Positions 52,559 through 61,616 of a stretch of 64,000 nucleotides of DNA are shown piece after piece (the stretch's first letter is position 1; every line of letters starts with the position of its first letter). This DNA is from Minisyncoccota bacterium (GTDB lineage: Bacteria; Patescibacteriota; Minisyncoccia; Phycocordibacterales; UBA9973), in assembly GCA_031291825.1 (NCBI GenBank), contig JARLIG010000008.1, forward strand, positions 5,674 to 69,673, read 5' to 3'. The notes below the pieces were generated by a model. That model made no database searches. It saw nothing but the letters and a program-made list of their open reading frames with translations, and was not told the origin of the DNA. The translations under genes and the position numbers were made by a program.

Positions 52559-54578
52559 TCAAGATTACAGGAATGACTAGAGGTCTCTTGGCAGTTTTTT
52601 GGTATAAGAATTTTGAAATATTTTCTCCCAAGTTGGCTTTAATGTGGTCAAAATCCATATTGTTTTCACCCTGATTTAAGGAAAGGGGAACCTTGGCAGT
52701 CATATCTTCGATTGATTTTTTAATAATGATTCTAACCTGACGCAGAAGTTCTTGATTTTCTTTTAAGTAAACAAATCCTCTGGAAATTAAGTCTGGAGAT
52801 TTTTTGAGCTTTCCAGTTTTTTGGTCAAGCAAAGCAATGATGACAAACATACCATCTTGTGAAAGCATCTGACGGTCTCGGATGACGACATCTTGGGTGT
52901 CAGAGACGGAAGTGCCGTCCACCAACATTGGTCCACTTGGAGCTGTTTCTTTTCTTCTTGTTATTTTTTGTCCATCAGCGGATATTTCAATTATTGAACC
53001 ATTGTCTGGTACGACAATATTTTCTTCTGACATCCCCAGTTCCATTGCTAGCTCTTTGTGTTTTTCCAAAAAAGAATGATTTCCATGAATTGGAATAAAG
53101 AATTTTGGATGAGTCTTGTGGTGAAGCCATTTAATGTCTTCTTGGTTGCCGTGACCAGTCGCGTGAACAAAGTCTTCTCCAGCAGTGCGGTAACTGATAA
53201 TTTTTACACCCTGTCTAGTTAAACCATCTTTCATTTTTTGAACCTTAAGTTCATTACCTGGAATGATGGAGGCAGAAAGAATGATTGTATCACCTTTGTG
53301 GAGTTTAAATTTAGTGTGTGATTTATTGGCTGCGCGATTGAGTGAAGCAAATTCTTCGCCTTGCGCGCCAGTCATTAAGATAATGACTTTATTTGGAGGA
53401 TAATTATCAGCATCTTCAATTGGAATAATCGTGCCCTTTTTTGGGGTGAAAAGTCCAGCTTCAATTGCTACATCGATGTTTGTTTTCATCGAACGTCCAT
53501 CCAAAACTATTTTTTTACCCATGGTCTCTGCAAATTTAACAATATGAGCCAATCTGGTAATATGTGAAGCGAAAGCGGCAATAATCATTCGACCTTGTAC
53601 TTTTTTTATTAAATTCTCAAGTCCTTGGTGGACTTTTATTTCCGGTAGAGAAAAACCTTCATTTTCGATATTAGTGGAATCAGTCATCAAAAGAAGCACT
53701 TTAGCTTTGTCGAAAATTGAATATTCTCTTTCTTCATCTTTGGCGACGACTCCGTCTACTTGGTCTAGCTTATAATCTCCCGGAGTGACAATCCAGCCGT
53801 TGGCGGTTTCGATAATTATTCCCATTGAGTCTGGAATAGTATGGGTGACACCGAAGAATCGGATTTTTATTTTTCCACAAGTTATAACTGAATCTTTTTC
53901 TACAATAACTTCTTTCATGGGTGCTAATTGTGGAAATTCTGCTTGACGTTTTCGCATCATCAAGATAGAAAGATTTCTAGAATAAACTGGTGGGTTTCCA
54001 ATGCGTGAAAGTACCAATGGTACACCACCAATGTGGTCTAAGTGCCCGTGAGTAATCAAAAGCGCACGAATTTTATCTTTGCGTTCTTCTAGATAAGTCG
54101 TATTTGGTATCACATAGTCAACTCCAGGGGTGGCTTCAGTAGAAAAAAGCATACCAGCATCAATAATAACGATGTCGTCATCGATTTCGATAGCAGTCAT
54201 ATTTTTCCCAATTTCTTCTACTCCGCCGAGCGGGATAATACGCACCACGCCTTTTTCTGGTGGGGGAATTTTTGCCATGTTAGCGTTCTTGTATTGATTT
54301 TTTTGAGGAAAAGAGCCAGTGGAAGAACTTGGTCCAAATCTTTTTTTGGTATATTGATATGTAGAACTTTTTAAGTTTCTTTTATTTTGCGTGTTTCTTC
54401 CAGGTGTCCCGTGTTTTTGGATGACAGATGTTCCACGTCTTGATAAATTACCTCCAGACGTTCCACGTCTGGAAGCTTCCAGACGTGGAACGTCTGGAGA
54501 AGCTGAGTTTGTACCTTTGTTTTCCTCCTTAGTGTCCTTTGTTATAGACGAGAAAGAGAGTCTTGTTTTTTTTGTCAT
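52551..54578 (-). CDS. rnj: Ribonuclease J (metallo-beta-lactamase/beta-CASP), with a repeat-containing N-terminal extension
   Basis: HxHxDH motif LITHGHLDHIGGVP and beta-CASP motifs. The track ORF is 675 aa. The canonical RNase J body starts at M101 (MAKIPPPEKGVVRIIPLGGVEEIGKN; ATG at 54276-54278). The preceding 100 aa contain a CCAGACG palindrome copy. Confidence 0.9.
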   Translation of the reverse strand: MTKKTRLSFSSITKDTKEENKGTNSASPDVPRLEASRRGTSGGNLSRRGTSVIQKHGTPGRNTQNKRNLKSSTYQYTKKRFGPSSSTGSFPQKNQYKNANMAKIPPPEKGVVRIIPLGGVEEIGKNMTAIEIDDDIVIIDAGMLFSTEATPGVDYVIPNTTYLEERKDKIRALLITHGHLDHIGGVPLVLSRIGNPPVYSRNLSILMMRKRQAEFPQLAPMKEVIVEKDSVITCGKIKIRFFGVTHTIPDSMGIIIETANGWIVTPGDYKLDQVDGVVAKDEEREYSIFDKAKVLLLMTDSTNIENEGFSLPEIKVHQGLENLIKKVQGRMIIAAFASHITRLAHIVKFAETMGKKIVLDGRSMKTNIDVAIEAGLFTPKKGTIIPIEDADNYPPNKVIILMTGAQGEEFASLNRAANKSHTKFKLHKGDTIILSASIIPGNELKVQKMKDGLTRQGVKIISYRTAGEDFVHATGHGNQEDIKWLHHKTHPKFFIPIHGNHSFLEKHKELAMELGMSEENIVVPDNGSIIEISADGQKITRRKETAPSGPMLVDGTSVSDTQDVVIRDRQMLSQDGMFVIIALLDQKTGKLKKSPDLISRGFVYLKENQELLRQVRIIIKKSIEDMTAKVPLSLNQGENNMDFDHIKANLGENISKFLYQKTAKRPLVIPVILSV
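54428..54499. repeat. CCAGACGT-family palindrome (loop variant TTCCA/TGGAA) plus an upstream half-unit, within the rnj 5' region
   Basis: CTCCAGACGTTCCACGTCTGGAAGCTTCCAGACGTGGAACGTCTGGAG at 54452-54499, preceded by ATGTTCCACGTCTTG at 54429-54443. In the long rnj frame it translates as SPDVPRLEASRRGTSG, the same frame as in guaA. Confidence 0.85.
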
Positions 54579-54592
54579 TAATTATTTTTTTA

Positions 54593-56347
54593 TTACTTAC
54601 TAAATATTTTCCAAACGTTTTCCGTCTCGGTATACCATGAATATACGTTTGAAAAACGATCTTCAGCAGAAGTGATGTTCTCGATAGAAATCCCTTTTAC
54701 TTTTGGCGACACTACATATATAAATTTTGGACTGTATAGAAAGACGGCAGGCATGTCTTGTTCGATATCAGTTTCAAATTGAGTGTAATCTTTAATTTGG
54801 GCTTGTTCGTTGATGTTTGTGGCGGCATCTTCTAAAAGTTTATCCACTTTAGCGTTGGTATACATGGCGACATTTAGTCCAGGATCGTTTCGTTCTGAAG
54901 AATTCCAGAAAGCCAACAGGTCCGACGCATGATTGATGATTTCTCCAAACAAGAGAGCATCATAATCCCTAGGACGGATGACGCTTTGATTTAGATTACC
55001 GATTTCAAAAGTCTTGATGTCGACTTTTATTCCAACCGTCGCTAAATCTTGCTGTATCAATCCAGCGGTTTGTACGAGTTCTGGAGCATCACTGGTTGAA
55101 ATAGAAAATTCCAAAGGCGTGAGAGTTTTCTTTTTATTTTTATCAATCATTGTTTTCTGCAAGAAGCCGCTAGTACCCATCGTCCAGCCGTCTTTAGCCA
55201 AGTTGCTTTTTACGTTTTGTAGAATCTGGTCGCGACTCATATTGTTCGTTCCACTCAGTACCTGATAAGACATGATGCTTGGCGGTATCGGATTGTCAAT
55301 CACGACGCCATATCCAAACAATACTTGATTTACTATATTGTCTTTGTCGATAACTTGGTCGATAGACTTAGTGACCACTTTGTCGGTAAAAATTCTATTT
55401 TGATTTTGATTAAAAAATAGTCCAAAAACTCTTGGAAGCACAGAGGAATCTATTTCGTAATTTCTTTCTTTTAAAATATCTGCGTTTAAAGGAGTAATCG
55501 AACTTATCTGGTCTACTGTCCCATTCTCAAGAGCATTTATTAATCCGTCTTCGTCGGAATAAAAATACATATTCATGTCTTTGATATATGGTTCACCTAA
55601 AATAAATCTGCTAAAGGAGGTTAATTGATAAGAATCGATAACCCCTGATGATTCTTTGTTCACATTTTTAACCATATAAGGGCCAGAGCCGATAGGATTT
55701 ATGTTGGCGCTATTTAATTCTACTGCTGAATTTCCCCAGATAGACGCTGGCATGATGCCAAGTGTTGCGCTATCAAGAAAATCAGGATAAGGTTGTTTTA
55801 AAGTGAACTCTATGGTCTTATCGTCTATTTTGCTTGCAGTCACACCCTCCCAGTCAACTTCGCGAGGACTTTGGATAATAGGGTCCTTGGCTTCATTTAC
55901 TGTAAAGACAACATCGTCGGCAGTTACTGGTTCTCCGTTTTGGAAATATATTTTATCTTTTAGGGTGAAAGTATAAGTGAGGCCATCTTTGGACATCGTA
56001 TAATTTGCTGCCAAGTCAGGAGTGATTGTTCCATCAGAATTTTTTCTCATTAGCCCGGAATAAATGAGCGATACCATATCTAGGTCAGCAGGAGAGCTGG
56101 CGAGGATGGGGTTGATAAAACGTGGAGTTCCGACAATGCCTTCCGAGAGAGAGCCACCGTGGAGCGGAACACTCACCATCATCATTTTATTAATACTTTC
56201 TAAGATACATGCCGTGCTGATAATGAGTATTAAAACTAGCGCAGCGAAAATGATACGTTCCTTTTTAGAGAAAATATGAAAAACTGAATTAATTTGATCT
56301 TTTTTAGGCAATTTAAAATTGCGGATCTGACTATAAAATTTTCCCAT
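54593..56347 (-). CDS. Extracellular solute-binding protein family 5 (oligopeptide/dipeptide ABC substrate-binding, OppA-like)
   Basis: 584 aa, N-terminal TM anchor, and SBP_bac_5-type fold motifs. There is no adjacent permease within the window. Confidence 0.8.
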   Translation of the reverse strand: MGKFYSQIRNFKLPKKDQINSVFHIFSKKERIIFAALVLILIISTACILESINKMMMVSVPLHGGSLSEGIVGTPRFINPILASSPADLDMVSLIYSGLMRKNSDGTITPDLAANYTMSKDGLTYTFTLKDKIYFQNGEPVTADDVVFTVNEAKDPIIQSPREVDWEGVTASKIDDKTIEFTLKQPYPDFLDSATLGIMPASIWGNSAVELNSANINPIGSGPYMVKNVNKESSGVIDSYQLTSFSRFILGEPYIKDMNMYFYSDEDGLINALENGTVDQISSITPLNADILKERNYEIDSSVLPRVFGLFFNQNQNRIFTDKVVTKSIDQVIDKDNIVNQVLFGYGVVIDNPIPPSIMSYQVLSGTNNMSRDQILQNVKSNLAKDGWTMGTSGFLQKTMIDKNKKKTLTPLEFSISTSDAPELVQTAGLIQQDLATVGIKVDIKTFEIGNLNQSVIRPRDYDALLFGEIINHASDLLAFWNSSERNDPGLNVAMYTNAKVDKLLEDAATNINEQAQIKDYTQFETDIEQDMPAVFLYSPKFIYVVSPKVKGISIENITSAEDRFSNVYSWYTETENVWKIFSK

Positions 56348-56433
56348 AAATTAAAAATACATTGCAAGCACGAGAAATTCTTTTAGTAAAAAAAATCAGT
56401 ACTCTACAAACATTCTTTCGTTCTTACTAGTTT

Positions 56434-56676
56434 TTAAATCTGCGCTTTGATAATTATAGACAAAAGTGCCAAAAAAGCAAAAAGGAAGGCACAAACAATA
56501 GACAAATAAAAGAGGAACTTTTCAAAGCCTCGACGGGTGTGATGAAAAGCGCTGGAGTCATCTCCACCGAGCGCACCACCCATACCAGCAGCTGATTGCT
56601 GAAGCAGAATAGCTGTTACCAATATAACTGAAACAATAATCTGCACATAAGGCAGAAACTTAGCTAACAAATTCAT
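56434..56676 (-). CDS. secG: Preprotein translocase subunit SecG
   Basis: LLQQSAAGMGGALGGDDSSAFHHTRRG...LSIVCAFLFAFLALLSI shows the SecG Gly-rich loop between two TMs. The track ORF starts at 56754. The ATG at 56674-56676 (MNLLAKF) is preferred and avoids overlap. Confidence 0.7.
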   Translation of the reverse strand: MNLLAKFLPYVQIIVSVILVTAILLQQSAAGMGGALGGDDSSAFHHTRRGFEKFLFYLSIVCAFLFAFLALLSIIIKAQI

Positions 56677-56686
56677 ACAGAGATTA

Positions 56687-57742
56687 TTGCATATTTGGAG
56701 TAAAGATGCAATACATGATATAATTTTTGATATGAAAAACGACAAAAATAACAATCAGCTTTCAATATTAGGTTTGTTCGAGAAATTATTCCATAATTTT
56801 AATGCTCGCGCGATGAAGGATGCGACACTCGCTTTCAAGAAGCATCTAGATGACGGCGGCAAGATGTTTCTCGCGATGGGCGGAGCGATGTCTTCTGCTC
56901 AGATGGGTATCACGCTTGCTTCTATGATTAAAGAAAATAAGATTCATGCGATTTCTTGCACTGGCGCAAACTTGGAAGAATCTGTTTTTCGTCTTGTGGC
57001 GCACAATAGTTATAAAGATTATCCAGATTATCGATATTTTACCAAGGAAGATGATGAGGCGATTTTAAATCGCGGAGAACGTCGCGTGACCGATACTTCC
57101 ATTCCCGAAGAAGAAGCTTTCCGTGTGGTGGAGCCGATTATTTTAAAACGTTGGAAAGAAGCGGAAAAAAACGGCGAGCGTTTTTTTCCGCATGAATATT
57201 TTTACCAAATACTTTTGTCGGATGAATTAAAAGGTAAATACGAGGGCAGTCCAGAACATTGCTGGCTCTTGGAAGCGGCGAAGAAAAATTTACCGATTGT
57301 GGTGCCAGGTTGGGAAGACTCTACTTTGGGAAATATTTTTGCTGGATATTGTAAGGCAGGAGAAATTAAACCTAGTGTCATGAAGACAGGAGTGGAATAC
57401 ATGATGTATCTTTACGACCGATACACTGAGCTTGCGGCGGGAGGTCCAGGACTTGGCTTCTTCCAGATTGGTGGAGGAATTTCTGGAGACTTTCCGATTT
57501 GTGTCGTGCCTTCTATAAAATATGATTTGAAAAAACCAGTGCGACCTTGGGGATATTTCTGCCAGATTTCTGATAGTACCACTTCTTACGGTTCGTATTC
57601 TGGAGCGACTCCAAATGAAAAAATAACTTGGGATAAACTCACTAAAGAAACTCCAATGTTCGTCATCGAGTCGGATGCCACCATCGTCGCTCCTCTGATG
57701 TTTGAAGCCATTTTAGACCGCTACACTTTATCCCTCAAATAG
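56687..57742 (+). CDS. Deoxyhypusine synthase-like protein
   Basis: FLAMGGAMSSAQMGITLASMIKENKIHAISCTGANLEE and the C-terminal region match the DHS family. The start may be the downstream ATG (MKNDKNNN). Confidence 0.8.
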   Translation: MHIWSKDAIHDIIFDMKNDKNNNQLSILGLFEKLFHNFNARAMKDATLAFKKHLDDGGKMFLAMGGAMSSAQMGITLASMIKENKIHAISCTGANLEESVFRLVAHNSYKDYPDYRYFTKEDDEAILNRGERRVTDTSIPEEEAFRVVEPIILKRWKEAEKNGERFFPHEYFYQILLSDELKGKYEGSPEHCWLLEAAKKNLPIVVPGWEDSTLGNIFAGYCKAGEIKPSVMKTGVEYMMYLYDRYTELAAGGPGLGFFQIGGGISGDFPICVVPSIKYDLKKPVRPWGYFCQISDSTTSYGSYSGATPNEKITWDKLTKETPMFVIESDATIVAPLMFEAILDRYTLSLK

Positions 57743-57756
57743 TTCATAATATAAAC

Positions 57757-58293
57757 ATGAAAGAGGAAATAGACGACAATGTCATAGACGATATTTTAGT
57801 CGCAGCCTATCCTGAATATAAGACTACTTTTCCTGAGCGTTATATTGACCATTACTTAGAACAATATAGAATCTACCTACTCATCTTTGATAATCTTTCC
57901 GACCGTCGTCAAAAGTCCAACGAATTTTTTCTTGCAATCAATACCGCTATTATGGGCATTATGGGATATTTTGAAATCAAAACTATTTCTGATTCGCAGA
58001 CAATTTTTGTTTTAGTTCCGCTCGTCGGTATGGCGATTTGTTTTTGCTGGTATCGAATGATTTTATCTTACAGTCAGTTAAATCGTGCAAAATTTAAAGT
58101 CATTCATACGCTCGAACAGAAATTGCCAGCTAAGCTTTTTGATACTGAGTGGCAGATTTTAGGCGGTGGGAAAAATCGCAGTAAATATTTTCCACTTTCA
58201 CACGCGGAGAGATTCATTCCGATAATTTTCATCGTGCTATATATCATTATTTTTATAGTAAATTCTCCCGTCGCCAAGTTTCTTAGTCTTTGA
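57757..58293 (+). CDS. Hypothetical two-TM membrane protein
   Basis: 178 aa. A soluble N-terminus is followed by a TM, a W-Y-R...SYSQLNRAKFKVIHTLE segment, and a C-terminal TM. The family is uncertain. Confidence 0.45.
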   Translation: MKEEIDDNVIDDILVAAYPEYKTTFPERYIDHYLEQYRIYLLIFDNLSDRRQKSNEFFLAINTAIMGIMGYFEIKTISDSQTIFVLVPLVGMAICFCWYRMILSYSQLNRAKFKVIHTLEQKLPAKLFDTEWQILGGGKNRSKYFPLSHAERFIPIIFIVLYIIIFIVNSPVAKFLSL

Positions 58294-58333
58294 AATCTTG
58301 AAATAAAAACTCTCCTCATACGGCATAACTTAC

Positions 58334-58486
58334 ATGTTAATAACAATCGCAGTTATTTTGTTGGTTCTATGGCTTCTAGGTTTTATGAGTGGCTATGTTT
58401 TAGGAGGATTTATTCACGTTCTCTTGGTTGTAGCGATCATTCTATTTTTGATCCGTATCATTCAAGGCAGAAATCCACTTAAATAA
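58334..58486 (+). CDS. lmo0937-family small membrane protein (50 aa)
   Basis: MLITIAVILLVLWLLGFMSGYVLGGFIHVLLVVAIILFLIRIIQGRNPLK matches the typical family sequence. It is not in the ORF track because it is under 60 aa. Confidence 0.55.
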   Translation: MLITIAVILLVLWLLGFMSGYVLGGFIHVLLVVAIILFLIRIIQGRNPLK

Positions 58487-58525
58487 TCTAGACAAAATAA
58501 ACACTCTAGGTGTAATATTTAGTAT

Positions 58526-59623
58526 ATGAAAAAAATACTATTGTTTTGTGCAATGGTTTTTTCGTTTCTATTTTTACAAACTAATCAGGCGCAAGCTTCG
58601 TATCATTTCTCAAATTATAAAGGCCGGCCACCGATACATGTTTTGGGTGGAGCGACAAAAACTCCAAGCGGAATCACTCCCTCGCAAATAAAAAATTTCT
58701 ATAATCTTCCGACTTCTGGCGGACACGGCACGATTGTAATCATCGGTGCTTATGATGATTCGGCAATTGAAAAAGATTTAAATATTTTTAGTACACAATT
58801 TAATTTACCAAGTTGCACGACTGCTAATGGATGTTTTACTAAACATAAAATGTCTGCGACGGTGAAAAGCAATAGTGGTTGGGCGATGGAAACTAGTCTG
58901 GATATTGAATGGGCACATGCGATTGCTCCAAATGCAAAAATTATGCTAGTGGAAGCTGTTACTCCTTCCGGCGCGAATTTATTAAAGGCGGTGGATTATG
59001 CGGCCAGTGTAAAAGATGCAAGTGCAATTTCTATGAGTTGGGGTGGAGCGGAATTTCCCGAAGAAACAAATCTTGATTCACATTTCCAAAGTGTTTCTGG
59101 CGCGCCGTTTTTCGCTTCGTCGGGAGACAACGGCGCGGGCGCATCTTGGCCGGCAGCTTCGCCCGATGTTATCGGTGTCGGTGGGACGACAATAGCTGTA
59201 AAAAGTGATGGAACATTTTCCAAAGAAACAGCTTGGACGGGAAGTGGAGGTGGGGTCAGTGCTTATGAAAAAGAACCAACTTTTCAAAATGGATATTCAA
59301 TACCGAAGGCGGGAGGTATGCGCGCGGTTCCTGATGTTGCTTATGATGCGAATCCCACTTCTGGTTTTCCGATTGAGCGAGGTGGAAAATGGTATGTCGT
59401 GGGTGGAACATCAGCTGGCGCGCCGCAATGGGCGGCCATTGCGGCGCTAGGAAGTGGAATAAATTTAAATAATCTTTACGGAGATAAAAATGGAGATAAC
59501 AACGGAAAATATTTTCGTGATATTACAGCCGGTTCCAACGGCGATTGCGGATATTATTGTTCAGCACGAAAACATTATGACTATATTACGGGTTTAGGCA
59601 GTCCATTGACAGACAGCTTCTAG
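58526..59623 (+). CDS. S53 (sedolisin)-like or S8-like serine peptidase
   Basis: Pro-domain-like ITPSQIKNFYNLP. GHGTIVIIGAYDDSAIEKDLNIFSTQFNLPSCTTANGCF. Catalytic Ser context GGTSAGAPQWAAIAAL. Confidence 0.75.
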   Translation: MKKILLFCAMVFSFLFLQTNQAQASYHFSNYKGRPPIHVLGGATKTPSGITPSQIKNFYNLPTSGGHGTIVIIGAYDDSAIEKDLNIFSTQFNLPSCTTANGCFTKHKMSATVKSNSGWAMETSLDIEWAHAIAPNAKIMLVEAVTPSGANLLKAVDYAASVKDASAISMSWGGAEFPEETNLDSHFQSVSGAPFFASSGDNGAGASWPAASPDVIGVGGTTIAVKSDGTFSKETAWTGSGGGVSAYEKEPTFQNGYSIPKAGGMRAVPDVAYDANPTSGFPIERGGKWYVVGGTSAGAPQWAAIAALGSGINLNNLYGDKNGDNNGKYFRDITAGSNGDCGYYCSARKHYDYITGLGSPLTDSF

Positions 59624-59678
59624 GTGTTGCATTTTGCTAGGTTTTTGGTAAGGTTTGGGTGAGAGGAGTACCAATCAA

Positions 59679-59879
59679 ATGAACATCCCTGGGAGTGTGG
59701 ACTATCGCAGGTTTGAGAGTGAGGGGGTCTGTGTGTTTACAACTTCTTCGGGTTTTACTGGAGAAGGAGCCTCCTTAAACGCAGCTGTAAAAGCTGCACA
59801 AGCAAAAGAAAAGGAAGGAGGGTTACTCAGTGAGCAAGTTGCAAACAGAGAAGTCATTTGCGGAAGCATCCTTGCCTGA
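59679..59879 (+). CDS. Small hypothetical protein (66 aa) in a GC-rich islet
   Basis: The ATG is preceded by GAGAGGAG. It overlaps the next small ORF by about 50 nt in a different frame. Confidence 0.3.
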   Translation: MNIPGSVDYRRFESEGVCVFTTSSGFTGEGASLNAAVKAAQAKEKEGGLLSEQVANREVICGSILA

Positions 59880-60072
59880 AGAGCAACCTGCTTTGAGGCC
59901 GAAGTGCTCGCTCCCAATAGTTATTTCCATTTTTGGAGACGAGGGTGACGGTGCAGTCAGTAGTGCCATGCAACGCAGAAAAAACTTCAGAGCTCTTCTC
60001 GTAGCATTCACACAACATTTCGATGGGGTTACTGTCGAAGAACTTGCCGAAGAAAAAGGGGAAAAGTTTTAA
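59830..60072 (+). CDS. Small hypothetical protein (80 aa) in a GC-rich islet
   Basis: A GTG start with the perfect SD site AAGGAGG 7 nt upstream. A hairpin lies at 60086-60118 downstream. Confidence 0.35.
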   Translation: MSKLQTEKSFAEASLPEEQPALRPKCSLPIVISIFGDEGDGAVSSAMQRRKNFRALLVAFTQHFDGVTVEELAEEKGEKF

Positions 60073-60190
60073 ATCATTTGTGTGCCGGGGTAGCGAATTG
60101 AAAAATCGCCCCCGGCATTCGCTTGTCTAATAAATTTATTTTGATTTTATATATGAACTCTGTCATAGTTTAAGAGAAGGGAGACGTACC

Positions 60191-60406
60191 ATGAACAACA
60201 AAAAGATTGACCCGCCGTTACCGCCTGTCAATTTCGAGTTGGTGAAAGTTGACGGCGTGCAGATGTTTGAAGTATGCCTCCCGATTTACGGGGAGGTCAG
60301 GGCTGTTGGGGCTAACTACTCAGAAGCTCTCGCGAGTGCTTCTTTCTTGAGAGAGATGGCGAAAAGTCTTATCGAAGAACTTTGCGGTCCAGGACCGCAC
60401 AACTAA
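60191..60406 (+). CDS. Small hypothetical protein (71 aa) in a GC-rich islet
   Basis: SD site GGGAG 7 nt upstream of the ATG, with a perfect 16-bp hairpin immediately after the stop. Confidence 0.45.
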   Translation: MNNKKIDPPLPPVNFELVKVDGVQMFEVCLPIYGEVRAVGANYSEALASASFLREMAKSLIEELCGPGPHN

Positions 60407-60410
60407 AACC

Positions 60411-60446
60411 ATGCCGACGAGAACTCAGAGAGTTCTCGTCGGCATA
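60411..60446 (+). terminator. Perfect 16-bp stem hairpin (terminator-like)
   Basis: ATGCCGACGAGAACTC aga GAGTTCTCGTCGGCAT. The downstream T-tract is weak. Confidence 0.5.
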
Positions 60447-60473
60447 AAACTATCTGCGTGCTAGAATAAACAG

Positions 60474-60728
60474 ATGAATTACATTCACGTCGCTGTCACT
60501 GCTGGCGCCAAAAAAGAATCTTTCTCGCCCCGTCGCTCGGGAGCGACAGGGGTAAAACCTTCAAAGGACCATTTTGAAATTTCTGTCAAAGAAAAAGCCG
60601 AGCGCAACATGGCAAACACTCGCGTGTTAGAAATCATCGCCGAACATTTTAATGTGCCGAAAAACAAAGTCCGCATAATCAACGGTCACAGACATCCCTC
60701 AAAACTTTTAGTGATAGAAGAAGATTAA
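60474..60728 (+). CDS. DUF167/YggU-family protein
   Basis: HVAVTAGAKKESFSP...HFEISVKEKAERNMANTRVLEIIAEHFNVPKNKVRIINGHRHPSKLLVI matches the YggU (UPF0235) pattern. Confidence 0.7.
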   Translation: MNYIHVAVTAGAKKESFSPRRSGATGVKPSKDHFEISVKEKAERNMANTRVLEIIAEHFNVPKNKVRIINGHRHPSKLLVIEED

Positions 60729-61012
60729 ACGACTGGAGGTTTCTTTATATTTCTGTATCTGATAACTAGGAAAATCGTGATGCTCATCGTCACCAAGCTC
60801 ACAAAATTTGAAATAGCCGAGCCGAAGTCATGATGCAGGGAAGTATCGACAACCACGATGCCGACAGCGACCCAAGTCAAAAGATACATAGATAGAGAAA
60901 TGTCGTTTGAACTTTTGGTTTTAATTAACTTATAGATTTGTGGAACTCCAGAAATTAAAAACAAAATTGCTGGTAAGTAAAAGATATACTGCATTTGAAT
61001 ACTATACATCAA
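60725..61012 (-). CDS. SemiSWEET / PQ-loop family membrane protein
   Basis: 95 aa, three TMs, and the PQ motif LISGVPQIYKLIKTKSSNDISLSMY. Confidence 0.6.
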   Translation of the reverse strand: MMYSIQMQYIFYLPAILFLISGVPQIYKLIKTKSSNDISLSMYLLTWVAVGIVVVDTSLHHDFGSAISNFVSLVTMSITIFLVIRYRNIKKPPVV

Positions 61013-61034
61013 ATTTTAAAAAATAAAAATTAAA

Positions 61035-61073
61035 GAGACGTCGGTATCCTGCGAAGCAGGAGCCCGACGTCTG
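61035..61073. repeat. GACGTC-containing 9-bp-stem palindrome with a nested hairpin, in a divergent intergenic region
   Basis: AGACGTCGG tatCCTGCgaaGCAGGag CCGACGTCT. It is related to the CCAGACGT repeat family. Confidence 0.5.
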
Positions 61074-61092
61074 GGCTGTGCTAAACTAGTGA

Positions 61093-61515
61093 GTGCTTAA
61101 AAATAAAATTTACAATTTTTTTGGCAGGCGATATGTCGTCAGACGCAGAGTGATACGCGTTGCAGGGCCAAAGAAAATTCTCGGCCATCTCACGGCAAAA
61201 GATTTTAAGGAAAATAAAAAGGCATCGTATGCGCTCATAACCGAGAGGATTGCATATTTCAATCAATCGGGAGAATTTCCGGTAGGGAAGATATTTATAA
61301 AAAATCAAAAGACCAGATGGGGCAGCTGCTCAGGAAAAAGAAATTTGAGTTTCAATTACAAACTCCTTTTTCTGCCGGAAAATCTAAGAGACTATATTAT
61401 CATTCACGAACTCTGCCATCTAAAGGAAATGAATCATTCCAAAAATTTCTGGTCCCTCGTCGCCCTCCAAGTGCCAAATTACAAATCCCTCCGCAGACAA
61501 ATCAAGCCTTACTAG
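61093..61515 (+). CDS. YgjP-like (DUF45) putative metal-dependent hydrolase / metallopeptidase
   Basis: YIIIHELCHLKEMNHSKNFWSLV matches the family motif HELcHl.e.nHs..FW. Confidence 0.75.
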   Translation: MLKNKIYNFFGRRYVVRRRVIRVAGPKKILGHLTAKDFKENKKASYALITERIAYFNQSGEFPVGKIFIKNQKTRWGSCSGKRNLSFNYKLLFLPENLRDYIIIHELCHLKEMNHSKNFWSLVALQVPNYKSLRRQIKPY

Positions 61516-61519
61516 AATT

Positions 61520-61537
61520 CCAGACGTCCAACGTCTG
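61520..61537. repeat. Single CCAGACGT hairpin unit immediately after a stop codon
   Basis: CCAGACGTCCAACGTCTG begins 5 nt after the TAG of the YgjP-like gene. Confidence 0.7.
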
Positions 61538-61616
61538 TAGGTTTATCCACATTTAGATATTACTATATAGTATATATACAAATATAATGTTTTAAATTCA
61601 TGGTATTATATATTAT

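Noticed and set aside
54278-54578. Treating the rnj N-terminal 100 codons as a pseudogene or frameshift
   Set aside because: The frame is open and continuous. The ambiguity is only about which ATG is used, so it is reported as an alternative start and not as a disruption.
848-61537. Whether the recurring CCAGACGT repeats form a CRISPR array
   Set aside because: The copies are palindromic inverted pairs dispersed over 60 kb. There are no regularly spaced direct repeats, no unique spacers, and no cas genes.
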